DNA of 64,000 nucleotides from Octopus sinensis (taxonomy: Eukaryota), in NCBI RefSeq assembly GCF_006345805.1, contig NC_043002.1:11098001-11162000 (forward strand), in the 5' to 3' direction. A program made the position numbers and the translations under genes. Below the pieces are notes generated by a model. The model was given only the letters and a program-made list of their open reading frames with translations, was not told the DNA's origin and searched no databases. Below, in pieces: positions 13,391 through 24,719 of the stretch. How positions within the stretch are numbered: position 1 is the first letter of the stretch; each line of letters starts with the position of its first letter.

Positions 13391-14003
13391 ATATGATGCG
13401 GATGTCTTCAAAGAGCGTCTGGATAAATTTTTATTTGAGACACCAGATGAAGGAGGCACAAAGAGCAGCTCCATCCAACTCGTTACTTCACCAGAAACAG
13501 CACAGAAAAAAGAACCCCAAACACACTGCAACGCCGTCCACCAGCCGGGCCTCAGCCTCCGGCTGAAACCAAATTAAAGATACAAGATAAAGCAAGCAGT
13601 TTTTCATGAGCGGAGGAGGATTCACTGTACAGCTTCAATACATGTTTACATATATTTACAAACTGCCATTAGCCGTAATGTAAGTCCTACATGCCGCCCA
13701 CCTGACAAGCTTCAAACACATTCACGCATGTTAACTTCTTTTGAGCCATAGCATTACTCCGAAGGCGCCCCCCCCCAGCCCTGGCTGGTTGGCATTACTA
13801 CTACAACTATCCATTCCTTCATTCATCAAATATTCTGCCATGCATTTTATTCATTTTTCAATTACATTATTGTTTCGTTCTTTTATCTATTTATATATCC
13901 ATTCATCTATTCATTTTATTGGATTGACCGTTCATCCGTTTATCCTATTTGTTTCGTCCGTCCTTGCTCATTCGATTGTATGTATGTATGTATGTATGTA
14001 TAT

Positions 14004-14057
<54 letters not shown>

Positions 14058-14329
14058 TATATTATATATATATAAACTAATATAGGGACATACGCACATG
14101 TGTGGGTGTATACACACAAACGCACTGGCATATGTCTGTGCGTGAGCGTGTGCATGTATGTATGCATGTATGTATGTATGTATGTACGTATTATGCATGT
14201 ATGCGTGAGTGTGCGCGGGCGTGGGAAAGCGAGTCTATGTGAGTGCACTTACATATGCAGATACACTTATACTCACAAACCAGAGACTAATATATAAATA
14301 TATACATTTAAATAGATAGAGAGAGAGGG

Positions 14330-14349
14330 GGTAGAGATAGGTAGGTAGG

Positions 14350-14433
<84 letters not shown>

Positions 14434-14441
14434 CAGATGTT

Positions 14442-14539
<98 letters not shown>

Positions 14540-14540
14540 C
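14330..14540. repeat. (GATA)n microsatellite
   Basis: Direct inspection. Confidence 0.95.
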
Positions 14541-14719
14541 AACACACACAAAGGAACCCGGAAAGAATGAAACGAACAAATATACTGATTTATTCCCCTT
14601 GAATTTACCTCACTTCGAAAATTACTACGTTACTAAAGTCAAGATGAATACCTCGGCAAACATACAATGTCTGTCGTATTGTCTCTAACCAAAGTAAAAG
14701 TTAGTTTCTTTGGAACTTT

Positions 14720-15400
14720 ATACTGGAGGTAAATATGCATCCTGGATCCTGCTATGATTACATGAGCACAGCAACGAAATATTTCTCTTTTTTTGCGTTC
14801 AGGAAGGCACCTGGATCGTGTGAAATATTTCGAATGATTCGCCAATCATAGCTCGCAGCGTATCATTCAGGTATGGTCCAGACTGTTCCTGTAATTTCCA
14901 ATTGGTTTTGTACGGCATTCCTTCCTACTAATTGCTATACATATATAGCTGGCTAATGTAACTTTGTGCCTCTGTTGGATTCTGAAAGAGGACCTGTGAT
15001 TATGTAATCTAGTCTTAAAGGAGCTCCTTGTTACCTCAACATTTTTTCCGTGTGCGTGTCACTCCGCTTTTGCTACTACTGCTGAACAACACTACTTCTG
15101 CTTCAGAGAACACGGCCTCATTGTTGCACTGGCCGTTCACTGGGTACTCACAACTAACCCTACATGAACCTTCTGATTCTGCACAGTACTTTGGCACATT
15201 CACACATATTTTTGGGCGCTAGGTGCACAACTAAAGAAGACTCTTACTTATATCTATTGAATAATCTCCAACACCTATGGCATTGTGTAAAATGTTTATC
15301 CATTAATCTAAGGAGGGCACATCCCACGCGAACGGACACACCGTGGACATATTCAGAAAAAAACTGATTCCCCTGATTCACAAAACCTGATTTTAAAAAA
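14720..15400 (-). mobile_element. Degenerate Penelope-like element, linker plus GIY-YIG endonuclease region
   Basis: With frameshifts it reads LMDKHF..LFNR..VRVFFSCAP..YPVNGQC..FKTRLHNHRSSFR..TLASYI..YKTNWK..CEL..REIFRCCAH, the typical PLE C-terminal pattern. Confidence 0.7.
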
Positions 15401-15524
15401 CCTGATTCACAAAAAAGAAAAGTTTCTTTTATTCACTCTGGTTGCATAATCTCTGATGATTATAATTTAATCTCTCCATAAGGTGGATATATTTTTAATG
15501 CACATTATTATTAATGAATACGTA

Positions 15525-15680
15525 CAGCTACGTTCTCATTTCAAATTCTGCCAGGGTCGACTTTGCCTTTCATCGTTTAGGCGTCGATAAATTAAGTACC
15601 TGTTACACACTTGGGTCGATGTGATCGACTAATTCCCTCTCCCAAAATTTCAGGCCTTGTGCCTATAGTAAAAAGGGTTA
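15525..15680 (+). mobile_element. SINE-B partial (core plus terminal tail)
   Basis: gggtcgactttgcctttcatc..ttaagtacc..caggccttgtgcctatagtaaaa. Confidence 0.8.
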
Positions 15681-15880
15681 ATAATGAATATGTGTAGGAT
15701 GACGTATCTAAATTTATGAGTCGACCCTATAGTTCTTACGACTAACAGACTTACACACACATATATGTATGTATATATACATATATGTTTACATACGCAT
15801 GCATACATATATGTGTGCATGTGCGCGCGCACATGTGTGTATATCTATATATATATATATATATATAATATATTATATAT

Positions 15881-15930
<50 letters not shown>

Positions 15931-17121
15931 ATAAAGGCTCCCAAATAAGGAAGCAAGTGCTAGAAACACAAAGAGGGATAAATTCATCAAAGGAATGAAA
16001 ATCAAAAACATTTACCATTAAAGATGTATCCCAGACTGATCAGTTTCTACCTCTTTCTAGCAAAACATACTGAATATGTTTGCCCAGGCAAGGTTCGTCA
16101 GTGGGTAGCCTTCTAAATCCTAGATGCACAGAGCGTTAGAGCACGTGTATCTCTAACGGTTTGTAAATCTTAACTTTCCAAACCTCCGCGCAGACGCAAA
16201 ACATACCCGGCGGCCGAGAGCATGCCGGTAAAAAAATTTACGAATAAATTTATCAAGTAATATGTAAACATAATTAAAAATTATGTCTTTAATTATGTTT
16301 ATATATGTACATATATATGTATATATATTCAGAGAGAGATAGAGAGAGATACAAATAAAATAATTTATTTTCGAACGTAGAGACGCAGTTAAAATAGCAG
16401 GAACATTAGGATGTTTCTTAATTTCTTCCTTCCATGTCAACTGGGTCAACTGGGTCTAAGACACGTTTGTTTGTCGCATTCATCTCGTAGCTTGAAACAG
16501 TGTTTCTGTATGTTTCTTCTTAATTGGTGTATAGTGATTAGGAGAAAATGCTTCTTAAATTAGAAATCCATACCTAAAATGGTTCTTAAATGACATGAAT
16601 AGATTCAGTTGGGTTTAGTGAACAATTCTGCGAAGTAATTGACGTTGGGGCAGAAAGTCTAATTAATCTCCAATTAAGTGTGTAATTAAAACTTCTTAAT
16701 TTGTTTTTCCATACCTGTTTTTTTTTCTTAAGTTTTCATTTAAGTATCACTTGTGTCTAAGGAGTAATATTCAATGTGATTCATTACTGCAGCTTAAAGT
16801 CTAATCAAATTAGTTATTTACGCAAGTTAATTATCTCATAATTAGTTAATCCATACCTAAGCATACTTAAGAATCACGTTTCATGGTATGAGGACCATTT
16901 GTACACATATTGTGCCTTGCCAGTATTTTGGAGCTTCAAGTCTAATCAAATTAGGATTGCCTCTCGGTCTATTTTGATTCAATACTTCAATATATTTTTG
17001 ACTTTTTGCCTCCCAATATGGATGGAATGATTTGTTATAAAAATGTTATTAGATTCAGTAAGATGTTTAATTATTTCGCTTTCGTGTTTATTAATTTTTT
17101 CACTTTTGTATGATTTGTTTA

Positions 17122-17291
17122 TAACTTTGTGCCTCTGTTGGATTCTGAAAGAGGACCTGTGATTATGTAATCTAGCCTTAAAGGAGCTCCTTGTTACTTC
17201 AACATTTTCCCCGTGTGCGTGTCACTCCGCTTTTGCTACTACTGCTGAACAACACTACTTCTGCTTCAGAGAACACGGCCTAATTGTTGCA
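17122..17291 (-). repeat. 170-bp copy of 14960-15128 (Penelope fragment)
   Basis: Near-identical direct repeat, about 5 mismatches by eye. Confidence 0.9.
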
Positions 17292-17464
17292 TTATCAGAT
17301 TCAATAAGAAGTTTAATCTTTTCGGTTTCCATGTTTATTAATATTTTCATTTTTTTTTCTTGAGGGTTAAACAATTTTTTCATTTGGAGAGATAATCCAA
17401 TTTCTTAATAGGGTTGAGATAACCAAAATATACCCCCTTTTTCTTCCCAATATATTTTTGCTGT

Positions 17465-17690
17465 GAAGGCGCATGGCTCAGTGGTTACAGCGTCGAGCTT
17501 ACGATCGTGAGGTTATGAGTTCGAATCTCGGACCACGCTGCGTGTTGTGTTCTTGAACAAGACACTTTATTTCACGTTGCTCCATTTCACTTCGCCGTTG
17601 AAATGAGTTGCGACAGCTGGTCTTCCATAAACAACCTTGCCCCGGACTTGTGCCCTGGGAGAGTAACTTTACAGTCATGACCGAAGGGGG
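17465..17690 (+). mobile_element. SINE-C (tRNA-derived)
   Basis: ggcgcatggctcagtggtta A-box and gagttcgaatc B-box, then ttgtgttcttgaacaagacacttt core. Confidence 0.75.
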
Positions 17691-19337
17691 TCTCAGCATA
17701 TTTTTGCTGGGTGGGCGGCGAGCTGGCAAGGTCGTTTAGCGTGTCAGACTAAATGTTTAGCAGCAAATGGTATCCGTAAATAATATTAACATTAGCATGC
17801 TTTTCAAACCACAATAATTGAATAACCTCAAACGCGCGCTCGCGTGTGATGTGTATTCAACTGGTTCAAAGCAACGGACGTGCTCCAGAAGCCAAAGAAA
17901 ATAACAGTTTCTTTTACTGGCAACAAAGTCCACGTGTCTATGAATTGTTTAGTTATCGCTACACTAATTTAGTAAATTGAACGTTCTGTTGACCGAACAG
18001 CTGAGTGGTCATCGTCGAAACGGACGTAGGGTCTATCATATAATAATATATATAATATATTATTTATATTATTATAATATAATATTATTTATATTATTAT
18101 ATGACTGAACGCCACGCATCCCCTTCCAAGGGTCTATCATAACTGTATTTGTATATATGTATGAGCCCTTGTAGTTAATAAAAGAAAGCTGTTTTATCTG
18201 ACATTATCGATACTGGCTGAGACTTGTCCTCTGCTTTCATCACAATCTTCATTGTTTATGCCAGGGTATCAAATCCGGCTGGCAATGCCATTCTCTATAT
18301 CAGCAAGTAACAGCCTAATATATGAAGGTTGGATTGAAGCATAAACTTGATCGTGTGGCTCGAATAAAGACAATTATTCGTAAAAACCTTGTTCGTTTAA
18401 AAGTCCAAAGTAAATAGACAAAGAGTTTAACATACATTTTGATTGCTTTATAAACAGTAAAGGAAACAAGATGAGTTATTAGCAAAGTTTGTGTGCAGAG
18501 ATGTTTGGGAAAAAAACTCTTTCAGATCATATGCTTACATTCTTATTAAATACTTAAGTGGGAGAAAGAAAATGGAAATTGTCCAAATGAATGCATTCAG
18601 TTTATAACGAACAGCTACCAACTTTCTTGGTTTATGAGAAGTTTATAAGAATAAGCTGACCTCTTGATCTTTCTCTCGGCATTCATCGGTCAAAGCTGAT
18701 TAGAGAGGAGAAATCCTTTGTTTTCGCTTGACCTGATTCAGTTACGAAGAATATAAATTCGTGACGCCAAATGGCTTTCTTTCTCTTTGGGTCGACCCGT
18801 CTCTTCAGTCATTCTACGTCTGGCCGAAGAACAAAACTGTCCCAATATCTTGAGCAATGCGCAAGAGTAGATTTGTTATCTTTTCTATCTACTTACATTC
18901 CTTTTATCTAGAATGGACAGATCTACAAATAATTCTGTGTACACAAACAATTAGGAAATGTTATTTTCTGTATTGTAACGTCATAACAATCCTAATAAAT
19001 GGTCATTTTAATTAAGCAATAAATATTATTCTTCTTAATTCATTTCTCCGCTGCATCTTGACATTAAACTTGGTCGTTATAACTGGTAACTCCGCCGTTA
19101 ATAGTTTGTTGCAGGAATATCGACCAGAGTTCCAGACACTGTCTGGGATCTGAGCTTGAAATTACCGGGTTCAGTTGTGGAGGTGATTACTTATAAACAC
19201 CAAAAAAACAGGATTTTGTCAACGCATAACTGCAGAGATGCACCATCAGCCGCCATCGACTTTGTTTCCTCAGAACGTTCTGAAAAATTAGATGTTTAAT
19301 AATTAAATTTTCTACAAATGAATCACGTGACCATACA

Positions 19338-19377
<40 letters not shown>

Positions 19378-19578
19378 TCACTTAACACAAAGACACATAT
19401 GGAGACACAAATCCACAAATACAGACACAAATACACACACACACACATGAATATGCGGAATACAAACAAACATACACACATACAAATATATACATACGCA
19501 CACACACACATACACACATACATACATACATACATACATACATACATACATACATACATACATACATACATACATACA

Positions 19579-20130
19579 TGGTGGCTGCCCCCTCGTTACC
19601 GAGTATGGCCATTGCACGAAGCTTAATGTTATTATCGTGCAATGCCTGTGCAAGAAGATTTTTGTTTTAAGTGAGGAAAGGCTGTGCACTGAGTCAATCC
19701 CACTCACTAAGTAACAGCAGCCATAATCCGAAAAGAAGAACAAGTCATCATCGGTAACCACTGAGCCGCCGGTTTTATGTCGGAGTTATCCCAGTTTAAC
19801 TGAGTTACCTTCTCCTAGAAGGATGCCCCAACGAAGGCTAGGAGTCCTTCACTCCCAATGGTTTAACCGCGCGATCGGGTATCCAGCTGATTATTTCTAT
19901 GTCCCCGCGCATGATACAGCCTTAAGACATTTATTGGATGGCCGTTGACTATCAAGAGTTCCTCCGCCGTTTGATGGGTTTTGTTTTTCATCCCGCAGGG
20001 TGTCCAATAAACACCCTCCTCACCAAGCAAGCTTGGTGGGGTTGACGGTTTAGTCGCCGACGACCCGACCATGCAAAGGGGTTGTACTGGGTTACATGTT
20101 ACCAGTAGCACTCGAAAGTGACCTAACTTG
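19579..20130 (-). mobile_element. Internally deleted (bipartite) RTE-clade element: 5'UTR-like part joined to 3' tail
   Basis: rc has ggggcatccttctaggagaaggtaactc (RTE 5'UTR-like motif) and the same 3' end as 960-1006; (TACA)n on both flanks; no ORF. Confidence 0.6.
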
Positions 20131-20161
20131 ACATACATACATACATACATACATACATACA

Positions 20162-20193
<32 letters not shown>

Positions 20194-20494
20194 CATACAT
20201 ACATACATATGTATATACATATGCACACTGACGCACACATGCGCACAAACAAACAAAAAGAACACAGCTCGGATAACGGACAGGGTCAACGACTTCTGAA
20301 AAGGTTGCAAGACGCAGCGAAAATTTTGGAAAAAATAATAAGTAAATGAGTGGAAACTTTACCGGTGCGTGTGTTAAATAATAACGGACTAAAAGAGAAT
20401 GACCCTCCCCAGACACATCAAATTATTCATTTAACAAATTCCAGAAAGTTAAGGGTGGAAGTGTCCTCAAAAGTTTTTTTTTCCAACGTAATGG

Positions 20495-20885
20495 TTATCT
20501 ACATCGGCGGTGTAGTTGCTTCATAACCATATGGTTCCAGGTTCAGTCCCACTGAATGGAACCTTGGACAAATGATTTCTGCTGAAGCCTTGGGCTGATC
20601 AAAGCCTTTCTAAGTGGATTTGGTTGACGGAAACTGAAAGAAGCCCTTCGTATTAGTGTGTGTGTGAGAGTGTATGAGAGAGAGAGAGAGAGAGAGAGCG
20701 TGTGTATCTAGCACTGCTTGACAACTACTGTTGGTTTGTTTAGGTCTCTGTGACTTACCGGTTCGGTAAAAAGATACCGATAGAATAAGTCCTGAGGTCG
20801 ATTTGTTCGACTAAACTTTTTAAGGCAGTGCCCCAGCATGGGCGCAATCTGATGACTTAAACACTAAAACGAGTAAAAGTGTCAA
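20495..20885 (+). mobile_element. SINE-A, diverged
   Basis: ggttccaggttcagtcccact head, gtggatttggttgacggaaactgaaagaagcc core, tail. Confidence 0.8.
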
Positions 20886-21011
20886 GATAAAAACCAAAGA
20901 AGCAAAAGTCCAGGTGTGTAAAATATCCCCCCCACACACACCTTTTTCTTTTGTCATACCTATTCCGACATAACTGTAATCTACACTATCTGAAAGATAT
21001 TTACTCTACTC

Positions 21012-21411
21012 TTTTGACTCTTTTACTTGTTTCAGTCATTTGACTGCGGCCATGCTGGAGCACTGCCTTTTAGTCGAATATAATCGACCCCAGGACTTAT
21101 TCTTTGGAATCCTAGTACTTATTCTATCGGTCACTTTTTGCCGAACCGCTAAGTTACGGGGACGTAAACACACCATCATCGGTTGTCAAGCGATGTTGGT
21201 GGGGGGACAAGCACAGACACACAAACATATACACATATATACATATATACGACGGGCTTCTTTCAGTTTCCGTCTACCAAATCCACTCACAAGGCATTGG
21301 TCAAGCTGAGGCTATAGTAGAAGACACTTGCCCAAGGTGCCACGCAGTGGAAATGAACCCGGAATCGTGTGGTTGGTAAGCAAGCTACTTACCACACAGC
21401 CACTCCTGCGT
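21012..21411 (-). mobile_element. SINE-A, full length
   Basis: Head, core and tail as in other copies. Confidence 0.9.
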
Positions 21412-22000
21412 CTATAGAAATTTTCATTTTAAAATATCCATTTTTCAGAATGTTATGGGGAAACAAAATCAGAGGAGATAACCGCGCCGGACAAAATGTT
21501 TAGCGGCATTTCTTCCGACTTTACATTCTGAGTTCAAATTCCGCCGGGGTCACCTTTGCCTTTCATCCTTTCGGGGTCGATGTAATCGACCTACTTCTAC
21601 TCTGAAATTGTTGGCCTTGATTTTATTGTTTAACTTTCGGTCAGCAAAGCAAATCTATAACAAAAAAAAAAAGTTCCAGGCATTGTTTCTAGGGTTATAT
21701 TACAGATTATGCTTAAACGTGATATGAAGAAATTTTGGCTGCTCTTTTTAGCAGTTAATGCTACTTTATAATGGCTTTCCTTCTGCCGGGACAGGAGAGG
21801 ACTGCAGAAGCGAATCAATCGAATAAGTTATAAAAAGAAAGATAATCTCAAAAGAACATATTGTAAAAAAGAGAACAGATATCATAGAACTAGACTAGCT
21901 TTGTAGTATAATTTAATATTATTTCGTATAATAACGTTCTCCCATTTATTCTGTAGTCTTCCTTTACAAAACTCACATGGACCTTTTACAACTAAGAAAC

Positions 22001-22008
22001 ACTTCCGG
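22001..22008 (-). promoter_or_regulatory. ETS/GABP-type motif (CCGGAAGT) in the putative GUF1 promoter
   Basis: ACTTCCGG ~40 bp upstream of the proposed ATG; this motif is common at housekeeping and mitochondrial gene promoters; no expression data. Confidence 0.35.
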
Positions 22009-22046
22009 TGTGTCACCGCTTCAGACACCGGTTGATCAATTACAAA

Positions 22047-22117
22047 ATGAATTTATGTAAACATTTGACGAAAACTCAGAAATTAAATTTTAAAAAATTG
22101 CTCAGTTTATTGAAACG
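22047..22117 (+). CDS. GUF1: GUF1 putative coding exon 1 (mitochondrial presequence MNLCKHLTKTQKLNFKKLLSLLK-R)
   Basis: ATG in aaaATG context; Lys/Leu-rich with no acidic residues; ends cg|GTAAGT (phase 2), matching the phase needed by the exon at 61424 (cg+g = Arg); lies in non-repetitive sequence. Confidence 0.6.
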
Positions 22118-22513
22118 GTAAGTTTACATTTTGTAATAAATTTCCGATCACCTCGTTTGTAATTGTTTAGCCCCGTGTCAACCTTGATCGGGCTAACCTT
22201 GGTCCAAAGTTCTTCAGGTAAGACGAGAAGGTACAACGTGATGGACATGTGGTTGTTTTTTCTAGCAGATCATGTGGCCAGGTAGGGGATCGGTCGATGA
22301 CTTTTTGATTCTATAATTGAAAAGTAAAATAAACGGAATACAAACTCTTACAAGTAGATTGGGGGTTGGGTAGGCAGGGTACATGCGACCCTCTGGACCG
22401 GTCGTTTCTGAGTGAATTTGGTTATTTTTTTTATATCTTTTACTTGTTTCAATCATTAGACTCCCGCCATGCTGGGGCACCGCCTTGAAAAACTTTTAAT
22501 CGGTAATACTTAA

Positions 22514-22784
22514 GAAGAGTGGTCCCGGTGCGCGCACTCGCGTATTCGCGCAACCGCGCTAGCTAGTCGTGACTTATCGATCCTTACTTTGTGTTTTTGT
22601 GTTGTATTTACTTTGTTTAAAAAAAAATTATTTACTCTTTTATTTGTTTCAGTCATTTGACTGCGGCCATGCCGGAGCACTTGTGTAAAAAAAAAATTAT
22701 TTATTTTGTGTTTTACTTACTTTGCTAGGTAGTCGTTGTAGGATCGACTAGCTAACGCGAGTGCGCGCACCGGGACCACTCTTT
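22514..22784. mobile_element. MITE with TTAA TSD and purine-starting TIRs (Kolobok-like)
   Basis: TTAA|gaagagtggtcccggtgcgcgcactcgcgt ... acgcgagtgcgcgcaccgggaccactcttt|TTAA. Confidence 0.8.
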
Positions 22785-22869
22785 TTAAGTGGTACCGTAG
22801 ATTGGGGTTGATTATACATGCGACACTCTGGACCGGTCGTTTGTGAGTGAATTTGGTTATTTTTTTTTA

Positions 22870-23215
22870 TCTTTTACCTGTTTCAATCATTAGACTCCCG
22901 CCATGCTGGGGCACCGCCTTGAAAAACTTTTAGTTGAATGAATCGAACCCAGTACATATTTATTTTAAGCCTGATACTTATTTTATCGGTTTCTTTTTGC
23001 CGAACCGCTACGTTACGGGGGACGTGAACACACCAAGACGGTTGCCAAGTGGCAGTGCAGGGCACAAAGATACACACAGGTGTACGTACAGGTATACGCA
23101 TAAACGACAGGCTTCATTCACTCAAGGCTTTTGTCAGCTTGAGGCTCTAATGGAGCTGAACCTGGGACCATATGGTTGGGATGCAAGCTTTTTACCACAC
23201 AGCCACACCTGCGTC
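22870..23215 (-). mobile_element. SINE-A variant
   Basis: rc tail, core and head. Confidence 0.8.
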
Positions 23216-23244
23216 CATCTGTCTCTCTCTCTATCTATATATAT

Positions 23245-23636
23245 GGCGCAGGAGTGGCTGTGTGGTAAGTAGCTTGCTAACCAACCACATGTTTCCGGGT
23301 TCAGTCCCACTGCGTGGCATCTTGGGCAAGTGTCTTCTGCTATAGCCCCGGGCCGACCAATGCCTTGTGAGTGGATTTGGTAGACGGAGACTGAAAGAAG
23401 CCTGTCGTATATATGTATGTATGCGTGTGTGTGTTTGTCCCCCTAGCATTGCTTGACAACCGATGCTGGTGTGTTTACGTCCCCGTCACTTAGCGGTTTG
23501 GCAAAACAGACCAATAGAATAAGTACTGGGCTTACAAAGAATAAGTCCCGGGGTCGATTTGATCGACTAAAGGCGGTGCTCCAGCATGGCCGCAGTCAAA
23601 TGACTGAAACAAGTAAAAGAGTAAAGAGTAAAAGAG
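23245..23636 (+). mobile_element. SINE-A, full length
   Basis: ggcgcaggagtggctgtgtggtaag head to gtaaaagagtaaagagtaaaaga tail. Confidence 0.92.
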
Positions 23637-23645
23637 TATATATAT

Positions 23646-24427
23646 ATATCATCATCATCATCATTTAGCGTCCGCTTTCCATGCTAGCATGGGTTGGACG
23701 GTTCAACTGGGGTCTGTGAAGCCAGAAGGCTGCATCAGGCCCAGTCTGATCTGGCAGTGTTTCTACGGCTGGATGCCCTTCCTAACGCCAACCACTCCGT
23801 GAGTGTAGTGGGTGCCTTTTACGTGCCACCCGCACAGGTGCCAGATGGAGCTGACAAACGGCCACGGACGGATGGTGCTTTTTACGTGCCACCGGTATGG
23901 GGGCCAGGCGAGGCTGGCAACGGCCACAAACGGATGGTGCTTTTTACGTGCCACCGGCACGGAGGCCAGTCGGGGCGGTGATGGCAACGGCCACGATCGG
24001 ATGGTTCGCTTACTTGTCACCGGCACTGGTATCACAGCTGCAATTTCCATTGATGTTGATCGACTTCAATTTTGGTTCTGCTTTCTGATATCTGATTTGA
24101 TTTGGTTTGATTTTGATTTTTGATTTTGATTTTCACTTGCCTCAACGGGTCTTCACAAGTGGAGTTTTGTGTCCCAAGAAGGAAAGGTATGTAAAAGTCG
24201 ACTGGCTACATACCAGGTAGAGGCCACGGGTTATGGTTTCATTAGTCTTTCCGGGTCTTCTCACGCACAGCATACTTCCATAGGTCTCGGTCTCTAGTCA
24301 TTTCCTTGGTGAGACCTAAAGTTCAAAGGTCATGCTTCACCACCTCATCCCAGGATTTCCTGGGTCTAACTCTTCCACAGGTTCCCTCAACTGCTAGGGT
24401 GTGGCACTTTTGCACCCAACTATCTTC

Positions 24428-24432
<5 letters not shown>
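23646..24432 (-). mobile_element. RTE LINE 3' fragment (ORF end plus 3'UTR plus (GAT)n tail)
   Basis: rc encodes EDSWVQKCHTLAVEGTCGRVRPRKSWDEVVKHDL; 3'UTR shared with 27250-27750. Confidence 0.9.
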
Positions 24433-24469
<37 letters not shown>

Positions 24470-24687
24470 GAGAGAGAGAGAGATCCAAGGGTCAAGGTGT
24501 AGGAAGAAAGTGAGCTTCAAGAAATCCATATATATATATATATATGTGTGTGTGCGTGGTTGCATGGTAAGAAGCTTGCTTCTCAACTACATGGTTCTGA
24601 GTTCAGTCCTACAGCATGGCACCTTGGGCAAATTTCTTCAACTGAAGCCTTGTGAGTGGCTTTGCTAGACAGAAACTGAAAGAAGCT

Positions 24688-24719
<32 letters not shown>

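Larger units (their letters stand above)
11740..13575 (+). mobile_element. CR1-clade LINE 3' fragment split by two nested insertions (pieces ~11740-11968, 12404-12606, 13391-13575)
   Basis: SRLDYCSQLWSP..LEAIQ..YTKKI..WERLK..ERY..YIWK resumes as ILEGLAPNFG..SLCFKGPHLFNILP across the SINE. Confidence 0.8.

Noticed and set aside
18771-18911. MAFFLFGSTRLFSHSTSGRR.. as GUF1 exon 1
   Set aside because: Presequence-like, but the only nearby GT is weak and phase 0, whereas exon 2 needs phase 2. 22047-22117 fits better.
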